This document shows positions 39,671 through 50,974 of a stretch of 64,000 nt of DNA, in pieces (within the stretch, counting starts at the first letter, position 1; the number at the start of each line of letters is the position of its first letter). The notes beneath the pieces are model-generated. The model was given only the letters and a program-made list of their open reading frames with translations. It was not told where the DNA came from and did no database searches. Made by a program: the position numbers and the translations under genes. Location of the stretch: assembly GCA_973895155.1 (NCBI GenBank), contig OZ316892.1, positions 12,960,238 to 13,024,237 of the forward strand, read 5' to 3'. Origin of the DNA: Marsupella aquatica (taxonomy: Eukaryota > Plantae > Marchantiophyta).

Positions 39671-42600
39671 TGATATTCGTTGAGGTTGCCATTTTTACAA
39701 GATATGAAAGTTAGGGTTGTGAATATGGAGGCTGGCTCACATTTATTTAGGGATAAAGGCAACCATCTGGAAGCCATCCTGCCAAAATCAGCCCCTAATA
39801 GCTCTTTTTAGAGGATAGAAGCTCATTTGACCCTACCATTGGACATGTTGTAGCCAATTTCTTGGCAAAGGTTACTACAATATATATAACATTGTGTGCA
39901 GAGTGTGAGAATAAGCTGACAAGCAGCAACCAGAAAACTTTTTTGAACATCCAGGTTGCAGGGTTACAATTTAATACCCAATCCTCAATTGTTGTAAAAA
40001 CCCTTGTCTGGAAAAAGATTACCTGAATGTATATTTTCAGGCACCAGAGTATGAGAATAGGAGCATGGATTGGATACGGCTACCCACTGGTAGCCTTTAT
40101 TTTGTACAAATTTACGCCACTAGTTTCAACTTGGGCATCTCAAAGCTCATTACTAGTAATGGATGTTATTAGTATAGGGCATCTAAACATTTCATTGTTA
40201 GTGATTGTCATTGTCACACGTACCTATCTTGTTAGTATTTACTATCATGTTAGTATTCCATATTCTAATGGGATGTCTCAAAGCTTCATAATTATTAGTG
40301 ATGGCTTTTAAGAGTAGACCTATGCACTAAGGTAGTGACTCTTTTGTGCAGTTTTTGCAAAAGTTTTCAAAAAGGAACCTATCATCAAACTTATTCAGCA
40401 AACCACAATGGGTTGTCCTTTGTATGAGCAATGGCACAAAAATGCCGAAAGCAGAGCCAAAGAAAACTTTTCCATGAAAACTTCTTTGGCAACCAAATAG
40501 ATGTAAACAAGATTTTCACAACATTTAAAAAACAATCCTATGATCATTCTTTACCGCAAAGAGTGATAACAGTGTATGGAACCTGCAGTTTGTTGAACGT
40601 ATATATCACTCTCAAAAAACCAAAACATCAAACCAGGAGACAAGATCTCAAAGCCAATAACCTAATGCAAGGTAGAAAATTAGAGAAAACCCAGAAAACT
40701 AAAGAGCCAAAAAACCCATGAGTCTCCAACAATGGTAAAAGAACTAAAAGCTTTATTGAGCAAGAAAAGGAAGATCCTAGTAAATCTCCCAAGTTAAATT
40801 CAAAGGATGATCTACAAAAAGGAAATTAGTCTAGAGAGCTAAAAACCAAAAGCTTTGGCCCTACAAAGTGGACTGCTCTAATACCCTTGAACAATTTTTG
40901 GGGCACTTTTACAAATTTTCTATTATGTGTTTCAACCTTTAGAACAGACCTTGAAGTTGCACTTGGTCTTGCTCTACTATTTTTTATGGAGCCCTTCACC
41001 TTTGGTGTGAACCAAAACTTGTATGCACAATCAAAAGTTATGTCACACTACATTGCAATACAAGTTTGTGATAACACCTTATCTAGTACACTTCCTTTAT
41101 CATATAGGTTGGGAGATTCTGCTTAAGGAAAGACCTGAGAATTACGAGCTTGCCACTGTTTTAGTACAAAATTAATACCTTCAGTGCCTGCTTGCTTCTC
41201 TTGGAATATCTGATTTGTAAACCTGGGTTCATGGAAATTGAGGGAATAGTTTTGCAACCATAACCAAAACTACCAAGAACATACATGACAATGTTGATGA
41301 CAAGTTTGTGAGACAAATATGCACATTTTCCTCATTATCCTGGTACTAACATTGGACCAAAACATAAGAGTATACCAGACCATTCCCCTAGTAATATATG
41401 AACATGTTGATTAGTCTTGTAACAAGGGATAGAAACAAACCTTATCCTACATGACATGAGGTCTGGATTCGTCATGTGAATGCTTTAATAGAACTTATTG
41501 TACAACAAGGTCCATCTTTGATAAAACAAATTACCTGCAACGATATTCAAGCAGCCTAGCTGATAAAAACCCACCATGTCACTGATAGCTAGGTAAACAT
41601 GAGAATGCAAGGAAGGACTATTGTCTGTAGTATTGCACTAAGGACATAAATTAGAATTTTAATGCCCAAAACTCGGTATTCATTCCCATGAAAGAACATG
41701 TAAGGAATGATTTTCTAACATTTAACACTTATGAATGACTAAGGTAACAAAAACACAGGTTTGAGCCATTTTCTATGGTTGCTCAGCATGACATAGATTT
41801 GAATGTTTGATAAACATTGTAAATAAAAATAACAAAATGGAAATAATTAACAAAACACAATGAAATCTTGAGGGATGATGAGCGGGTCTGGAAAACACCA
41901 AGGTAACTTCTTATCAGTACTTCATTTGATATGATTTAGGTGATATATCTGTAAGAACATTATTATACTAGGATAATTACTAAAATGTCGTTTACTTTTC
42001 TTTCCAAGGTACTTTGTAGAGACTAGTAATCAATCACTTCTGTATCCAATCGGTACTTTGTGTCATGAACAAGAGACACTATCATCATCAAATTTGACGT
42101 CATAAGTCATTGGAAATTAATCTTTCTTAGTATCCCGTGCTCAAGCAAGGTAACGCCAACAACTATGCATCATGAACTTTTAGAATTATGTAGATTATGT
42201 TCCTACACTACTTCAGTCAAAATTTGTCTACGTAAAGCCATCTCCAATACACTACACACTTATTCAAATGCTCTTCTTGCTTCTTCTTCAAACATAGTTA
42301 CCAACAATGAGCTTACCTATTTCATTGCAATTGTTGTACAAAATGGAACTTGCAATAAACCAACTTATCTTTGTGTAACTTCCCTCACATCCTCCTACTA
42401 GTAAGGCCAATAATAATATCTTAAGATTGTTTATCGTGGTCTTTCTTGACCATAGTTATTTCATATAACCTTTTTCAAGCAATGTAATCATGCTCCCCAA
42501 AACACAGGTACAGGGAATGTGTGTCTAGAAAGGTGCATGTTTTTCCATAGCATTTCATGATCAATGTGAAGTGGGAAAGCACAAGTGTGTCCTTCCCAGG

Positions 42601-44672
42601 TCTTGCAACATGGCTAAAAATATAAACTCATAAATTGTTTGCATATTATTAGTAACATAAAATATTGGATGCACGTAAACTTCTCTATAGTGCATCATTG
42701 GTAACATACAATGTTGGATTCACAAAAAAATTCTAGAGTATTTTGTAGGCTCAATTCCTATTCAAAGAAAGAGGTTGATCAAGCCATAATTAAAAAACCT
42801 ATTAATGATTCTTCAATCAGTACGATGAGCATAGACCTTTGTATGTGCTTAAAAAAATGCCAATCTTTATGAGTTTTATAAACCTGGATCATTCCTTGGA
42901 GGGGTTGTGAGAGTTGGCATCTCAATCAAAAATAATCATAACACTCTGAAAGTATTCTTTTATTGCCCTAACTATGTAGTTAGATTGTTTTTTATCGCTC
43001 TTGCCTCCATCACTCGTGTGATTCTGGCTCTCACCTCCACCTGTTTGAACTCCACTTGTTGATTAGTCTTATTGTTTTCAGATTTGTTTCTTGTGACTTT
43101 CACCATTTTCCACTTGCCAACGGACTTCCCAATTTGGTTTCATGAATTTATTTTGCTTTTTTAACATGTATTGAATTTGAGATTGCACAAGAGATATACA
43201 TTTTCAATCGTCTTTGAAATACATTTTCAATCTTGAGTTTTGAATTTTTCAAATCTTCTATATTCCATGGATATGACTCATTACTATGCCAAATAAACTA
43301 GGCGAACATGAATCCCAAAGATTGTATAATTATTGAAGCTGCAAATTTTTTCTCATCTTCACCGTTTAATTCTTGTAAAGCTTCTAAATCATGATTTGAG
43401 ATAGTGAACAAATATTCACTTTAAATTTAGATCAGAGTCTACAACACCTAGAACAAAGAACTGAAACTTGCTTGGAATGAAGGTGCCAGTAAAATAAAAT
43501 AAAAACTTTTTTAAAAAGGGCAGAAGCACTGTTTATCTGTTATTTTTTTTATGCTTCACCCATAGAGAAAAATAGACATAGGTCAATGATTGAAGTTATG
43601 AACTCTATCCAATTTTGCAAGAATTAAAAGTTTTAATCCTTCCGCCTTCAGAAAACCACTGACCACTATGTGAATCATCAAAAATAATCACCGGTAATTT
43701 TTATTTTAATAAATATTTAGATATAGCATCTATGAGATGCATATTCTCTAATATTTAAATGGGGTCCAATAGGAAGATCATGTCATCTCATTTGAATGTA
43801 TTTATAAATGGAAAGTATTGGATGTATTTAAAATTAATATTGCACATTGCTTTTAAATGGTTACCAATAAGGATTGCATGCAAACACATTTCCAAAGTAA
43901 ACAAGTTTGCAAAATTATCCGATGGTCATGATGTAGCAAAAAAAGATTTGATGGAATAAGAGTTGGATATTGGCTGTTGTGTTATGATATATAAATGAGA
44001 GAGTATTCCAATGCTCTGAAACTGTTGGGGGCATTGAACGGAGTCCGAGATATATATCATGTCTTGAGTATATTGCTCTTTGGTTAGCAAATGTATTTGC
44101 ATGATCCTTGAAGGTTTTGACTGTTATCGGAAACATAGGATGAAAAAAGAGTGCTTCTTGTTAGCCCTAGCCCCAGTTTATATAATCAAGGACATGAGTG
44201 CAAACAAATAAAAATTTCTGAATTCATTTTAGGCTAATAATTATGAATCATTTTTGCTAATCTATGAGTTATTTCAAATGACCTTTGCATTAGGTTTTCT
44301 AAGGCAATTTAATACTAAAATTTTGTATATTTTATAGATGATTAAGTATTTTTAAGTTCCAAAATTATATAAATTGATAAATAAATAAATATAATTATAT
44401 TTATTGGTTTTCCTGGTTTGTACACACATAGATTGGGGGGTTTACTATTAGTGGGGCCTCTTGGGTTATTAAAGTATATGTCAGGGATTTTCATATGTAT
44501 CAAATGAGCTAAATTTGATCCCAAATTATATTCAATCACAAAATTTCTGGACATGTGTGGAATAACATCATGAAATATAATGTTGATAGAAAATTAAAAA
44601 CTACACATGGGTTGTATATAGGTTGCATCTACTATAGAGAGGGATCTAAATACTCCACTACAACTACACTTG

Positions 44673-44903
44673 TGTTAGGCATTTACTCGAGGTCTAAGAT
44701 TACGATTGTAATTCATACGTAGGGCTGACCTTAGTCGTGGACTAGCTAGGTCAAACTATTCACACTACACACTATTGAAAATGGTGTTTGGTTGGATAGA
44801 AGGAACTCGGGCTCATTGTCATAAAGCCAATTCAGGGTTAGGGAGAACTTATATTGCGGAGAATCAGTATGACGTTGAGTGACTCGAATTGGGTAGACTA
44901 ATT
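44673..44903 (+). mobile_element. Truncated LTR of the 39025 family, interrupted by a later insertion
   Basis: Starts TGTTAGGCATTTACTC like the 39025 solo LTR; homology continues through GGCTCATTGT at ~44810. Confidence 0.75.
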
Positions 44904-45577
44904 CACAAAGACAATGTTCACAACGACAACTCCATGTTCATCCAACTCACAAGTAGTCGACACAAAGAGATATGTGGTTCACCTTGTTAAAAATTGCTCT
45001 TAGTCTTGTGACTCATAGGTTACGGCACTTAGGCTAACCACAGTTAGGATCTTAGCTGAGGTTAGGTTAGTCGTGTGTGATCTTGTATATACCAGGGCTA
45101 GTGTAAGCCGCTGGTGTGGGGTGCTTACTGATTGTAACGGAGCAACTTGAGGAAGAGGGAGAGCATGTGTGTTCATTTACTCTTGAAGTAAAGCTTGAGT
45201 GTTCGTGTGGACATAGCCTTGGAGAAGAGGTGAACCACATAGAGATTGTGTCGACTACGTGTGCATGGAATGAGTCATGGTTGTTGGTCGTTGCGAATGA
45301 CATCTTAGTTCAACACACCTCAGCCAAGGCTATGTCCCGAGGAACACACAAGAGCTTTATTGCGTTCTAGGCCCATCAACCATACCGAGTCTTTGCAATA
45401 CAAGATCTCTTTATCTGTCAATGAACTTTGTAACAATGAGTTTGAGTTCCTCCTAATTAAGCAAACACCGCTTGGAATATAGTGTGTAATCTAGTTAACC
45501 TAATCGAGTCTGTGACTATGGTCGACCATAACTACGGTTATAATCATAAGGCTAGACCTAAGAGTAAATGCCTAACA
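44904..45577 (-). mobile_element. Minus-strand solo LTR of the 39025 family, itself interrupted by another solo LTR
   Basis: GAGTAAATGCCTAACA ending at 45577 is the reverse complement of the family's 5' end. Bases 44904-44984 match the reverse complement of the family's 3' end, with the terminal bases degenerate. Possible TSD TAATT at 44899-44903 and 45578-45582. Confidence 0.8.
44985..45315 (+). mobile_element. Solo LTR (331 bp) whose 5' end resembles the 19845 copia LTR
   Basis: TGTTAAAAATTGCTCTTAGTCTTGTGACTCAT...GTTCAACA flanked by TSD CACCT (44980-44984 and 45316-45320). Confidence 0.92.
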
Positions 45578-46440
45578 TAATTGCCAAAGTAAAAAAAAAT
45601 TCAATTTTTGCTTATAATGGCAACCAAGAGTGGACCAAAGGTCTTCAGGTCAAGATGCCAGTTTAGCTAGGATGCTCTGTAAAGGAGTCCATTTGCCACC
45701 TGGGAAGTTCTCCTTGGGGAGGGAGTGTCATAATTGTTGGCATGATTTCTTTGCAACTTGAACTCCCAGGCACACAAGGTTCCATTGACTCCTCTTAACT
45801 TCAGCTGACATTCAACTTGCTCTCAACTACTAGACTCTGTTGTTCTTATAACAGTGATTTTGTTGGTTGCCCAAAATCTCATGTTCAATTGTGATCTTGT
45901 TGACTAAGATTTTGTTCTCAATTCTCGTTGCCAACAATATCTACCCATTGTACAAATCTTCCATCTTCACATATTTTCATCTCTGAGCTTCAAGCTCTGT
46001 TTTGGCTGATGTTCCACACTGGAGAGTTTCCTTCTCCTTGATCATCCCCAAAAAATTCAGGCCATCCTGATAAATAGACAGGAAATTATGAGTTTGGGAG
46101 TTAATTAATTCAAAATACACTTTTGTGTCTACCTTGTAAGGCCGTTGTGCCACAAAGTTGCAAAGCCATTTTGTGTCAACAGGCCATAAAGCCGTGTTGT
46201 GTCAACAGGCTATAAAGCTGTTTGGTCTTAATAGCAATTGGTGTGATCTTCATCTGCGCCCCAAGTTTAGTTGTATTCTGAACCTCACCCTAGAACTCCT
46301 AAGACACAATTTTGGTTCTTCTCCACATTCCTATTTTCTTGGGAATCTTCACCTTCTCATAAACTGAAAAAATATGAGTCCCAATTGACCTCATCTTTAC
46401 CTTAAACTTAAGCATTACTTCTTTTGCTTAGTATTGACCC

Positions 46441-47002
46441 TAGCAGCTTCTTACTAACCTGCCCCCTATACTCATCCTTATTACAAATACACCCCCAAAA
46501 CTAAATTATTTATTAGGCTGCCCCCCAAATTGTTTTGTGTTACTTTAAATCCAAATACTTGACCAGGCTATTTTCCCATTGGCTGTCAAGTAACTAGAGT
46601 CGACTACCCAAGGTGAAGCTAACCCTCATCCACTTTCACTCAGTCCATAGCCTTGTTGGGGCCTTAGGTGCAATGCCACCATCAGGGCCTGAAGTGCAGT
46701 GCAACCATCCAGGCCCCACTTGGACCCAATTCTTACCGGGCCCCAAGTCGCAGCCCTTGTTTTCTTTGGAAAACAGCACCAAAATGTTGGCATTTTTTTG
46801 AGCTGTAACAGTTCAGGGTCAAACAATGAATATGAAGGGCTGGCAATGGGAGAGAGGGATCAGGCGACTCTGGTTGCTTATGGCCAATGGGAACACAGCT
46901 GTGGTCAAGTAGTTGACTTAAAATAACAGGATACAGTTTGGGGGGGGGGGGCAGGTTTGTGATAACAATCAGTTTGGGGGCTAGTTTAGTAAACAGCTGT
47001 TA
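46441..47002. mobile_element. Probable non-autonomous DNA transposon (Mutator-like MITE) with ~70-80-bp degenerate terminal inverted repeats (TIRs)
   Basis: Left end TAGCAGCTTCTTACTAACCTGCCCCCTATACTCATCCTTATTACAAA aligns with the reverse complement of the right end, TAACAGCTGTTTACTAAACTAGCCCCCAAACTGATTGTTATCACAAA. No clean TSD found. Confidence 0.5.
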
Positions 47003-50000
47003 ACCCTGAACTACTTATGACTCTTGCTGCTTGACTCCAAGAAAAAATAAATTGCTCCATATAATGCTGTAGTGCCAATTTTGTTGTTTTCTTCAAGACA
47101 AAATCACTAGGACACTTCTTGATGAATTACCCCAACATTATGGACAATGTGAGTTCCTCAGTTTGAGTGACATGCTCCAAAGTTATTCTTTGGAAATGTC
47201 TGATTGATTTGACTTACATTAGTTCAAGCTCAACTGAGTTGCCTACCTTCCCCTCCCTTCCACATTCAATGTCAATGCAAAGCATTACTCCTGGAAGACC
47301 TGAGTGACAGAAGTACTCTTAACCAGTGACCAGATTTTAAATTTCAGGTGATGTACATCCAAATATAAGTGAGCAAGGGAGTCATACCCATTTGGCCCCT
47401 TTTTAAATGTAGGTGTGCATAGTCCCTCTTGTAAGTGAGTTTATGTGCTTTCTCAATCTAGGCATCCTTTTCCCATTCTCATTAAGAGCCTCCGTACACA
47501 GCCGGCGTTTGCGATCAGGCAAGTCCATAGTTTTTTGAAGTGTCAATAGGGAATGAAGAATCCCCGCTTTTGGGTGGGGTCAATGTTAAAATGCTCTAAA
47601 GCTGACCAGATTCGGACCCAAGTCTTGCCCGGCCCCAATGAGCTCCAGCCTCAGGCCAGCTGAGGGTTACTTCCTCTCAGGTTTGCTACTTATTCTAAAG
47701 ACTGGACCTGACACATTCGGGCAGCAGGCAGCACTGGTGGGCATAATTAATGTGGTTAGCATTAATGAGCCTCAAGACAATATTTTGTCTGTAATCGTTT
47801 CCCCTCTCCACAATAATTCATGTGGTTGGTGAGTGTGAAGTCAAAGAAATAACTCAATGCTGAAGTGTGGAGTCAAAGATACAACTCAATGGTGCAACGT
47901 GGAGTCAAAGAATGACCTCATCAGCAGAGTTGTCAAATGTTACTCAAACTCTTACCTTCTCGAAGTACTGGCGAATGATACAAAAACAAATTAGGGTAAA
48001 ACAGGTCAGATTCACCTAAATCTCCCTTATGCGGCAGTCGGATTAGCCCAAATTTTGTAGATCTGATACTTTCCTTAATATATGGGAAGATTTAATCGCT
48101 TTTCATAAATCCATAAATTCATGAACATGAATATAACACAGGTGTACCATCGCGACATGAGGCAGTTAGCTCCATCACAAAATAGAAGACATACTTACTT
48201 TCTCATCATGACCTGTTACTTCGGAGGGCAAGAGGGGACCCATCAAGGCAGGAGGTAAGCCCGGGCCAGAATGACGCTAAACGGATGAGTAAATTAATTC
48301 ACCCGGCGGTAGACGTGGGGAATAGGTTGATCGGCGTGCGCGCGGGCCGGGCCGGGTCGGTGGGGACTGGGCCGGGTCGGGTTGCGCAGGAGGACGAAAG
48401 AGAAATCCAAGAAAATGCGGGAGAGAAATGAATGAGCTCACTGTTCTGTTCAGTACAGTACTGCTCTGTTCTGTACTGCTGCTCTGTTCTGTACCTGCTC
48501 TGTCATGAGCTCAGTGTCGCCGACGGGTGGGTCGCCCTCGTGGGAATTGAGCGAGGACTCGTTGAAGCGAGAGCTCTACCCTGCATTGGCACCAAATTCC
48601 TCATGTGCGTTGAGTTGCTTCGTTGGTTTACGCTCGCGGCGTCCCGGTGCATGCAACGAGCTAGTGAACAACACAAGTGAGGTGAGCAAGCGGAGGCGAT
48701 GATTGTATACTGAAGCTTGCTTTCTTCTCTTAGTGGTCTCGCTGAGTGATGAGAGACTAAAGCTCTACACCGGATGGGTTTTACAACCAGGGCTAGTTTT
48801 TTGAATGGAGGGTGCCATTGATGCTGCTATTGTTGTCATGATGATGTAACGATGAGACTATAAGAGGGTGAGAGATCGTTGTAGTTGTTAGCAGCTGTGA
48901 GTGAATTGGCGCGAACAACTGCTTGTCTGTGCCTGCTTGCCTGCCTTTTGAGTGAAACAGATTGAGTAACAACATTGCCTACTATGGTACTCCTTCCTCC
49001 ACCTTCCCACTACCTAGCGCTGCACTGTCCGTAGTTTCCAGTCTATCCATCCAGCCGGGTCTCATCTGCGGCCTCTGGCCTTCCGGCATTGCGGTCTGCC
49101 GTGGTTTGCTCGGAATCTCCCGTGTCGGAGGCAGTTTGTTCGGTTCCACCGGGGTTTGGTTTGTGAGCTGTGAGGTTGTCGCAGCAGAGCAGAGGGCTGA
49201 GGTGGTAACGGACAAGTGTAAGGAGGAGTGCTGGAGGCGGACGCTGTCATTTTAGGAAGAACTATGAGCACAGTGGCCGTGGTGACTACCGGTGGAAGGA
49301 ACCGACAGACAAGACGGCGCAGAGAGCCGAGGAGTAATTGAATCGTTCTGTGGAGCGGGGATTGTTCTTTTTATGACGGGTTGGACTCTGCATCGTGCAA
49401 TGTTGAAGAGTTGAGAAGAGGAAAGAACGGCAGCATATAATAACGCAGTCGTTGTCACTTTGTAAGATACGAGGTGTACGAGGCTCGTAGGGTAGTCATC
49501 CAATCGGATGCACTAGGGGTTTACGGAAGGAAAAGAGGCCAGAGCCTGTCTCGTACAGTACCGGTTGTGGACGTCGTACGTAGATTTCAAGACGGAACGG
49601 ATTGAGCTGTTACGGGCCGCTTTAAACTTGGAGCAGCTTTGCGCGACATCTTCTAATCTGTTCCCAATCCCCTTCGCCTCTGCAGAATTAATGTTTTAAA
49701 GTCCTGGGCAAACAGTCTTCACCGCTCTAGTCCTCCCGTCACCCTATGCTCCTCCGCTTTACTGAGCTTTGGCCTCGTAAGACGAGTCAGTTGTTCGGCA
49801 AGTGTCACATACGTGGTTTGTCCACTTATGGACCTGCCGACTGTAAAAGTTTTCTTTGATGTCGTCTAAGTCTGGTTTTAGTGGTCTGCTTTTAAAAATT
49901 TGTGTGGTCTTGGCAAAATTGAATTGCTCGAGCAGCGAAGGGGTTGTTCAAAGACAGTAATTGGTATCGAAGTATGTCGAGGTATGCGGCTCTGTTAACA

Positions 50001-50974
50001 GCTGGCAAGGGAGAGGCAAGCAATGTCTGACACAAATTCGAGGAGGTAATCCTGGTTCGACGAATTCGGAGAGAGACTGAACTTCAGTTTCTTTGGTTCG
50101 ACAAATTCGAAGGAAAACTGAAGTTCAACTTATTTGCCACATCTTAGCAGTGTACACTGACGCTGTTAACTACGTTCAAGATTTGCGTTCCCGGTGAGGG
50201 ACCGTAAAATCCAGAGAATGCCTTACTGTCCTCAGGCAGCAGCTGTAGTAAAACCACCGCAGTAAAATCACTACTACAACTCCCACTCACTGCAATCTAG
50301 GCATATCTTAGAAACGTCTTCCGAGTGACTATGAAAGCCAGGGCAACAAAACTGTCGTGTGGAGTGCACCTGCTCTGGTCTGCCGAGTTGCGGTATTTCG
50401 TGAGGACCCAATTCTGCAGCCCTCTGCCAGTGCTGGTTCTTTGGCCAGTTCTTGCTTTCTGAAAGCGTTCTGGAGAACGTCGGCGTTGATTGGAGAGTGG
50501 TACGTGGTAGAACGATGACGTCCACCACCATTGCCAGTGCCTGCCAGACGGGCGTATACTTCTAGGAAACCTTCCAGGGTACTTGATCTCCGTCGCCGAA
50601 TTGGACCCACATTATTTTCCTGGGTTTAGCAGGCACCGACAATTGATCTGAGAGGAGTTAATGCAAGGGGAGGCCGCGAGCTGGAGCTGCTTTTCCAGTG
50701 AAGAATCGAAGTCAGTGCCGGCTGCAGGTAGTCTGGCTGATGTAGAAAATTTGGCGGAGGATGGTGTTCTCGATGCTGTTTCCTTTGCAGCTTTGGGCCG
50801 CGTGCCTCTTTGGAACCGGTACTACTTTCTGCCGGCTTCATCAATCCAGTGCGTGATGGGCTGCCTGTTTGTAGAAGACAACTTTATGTCGGTGACGCAG
50901 ATATGCCTTCTGCCATCGCAGGGATTTTTGGGGCAATATTATCTAGAAAGACTGACCCCTGCTAGACGCTAGAA

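Noticed and set aside
47835-47920. Three ~32-bp repeats containing GTG(A/G)AGTCAAAGA..CTCA, superficially CRISPR-like
   Set aside because: Plain degenerate tandem repeat with no unique spacers and no cas genes, in a eukaryotic context.
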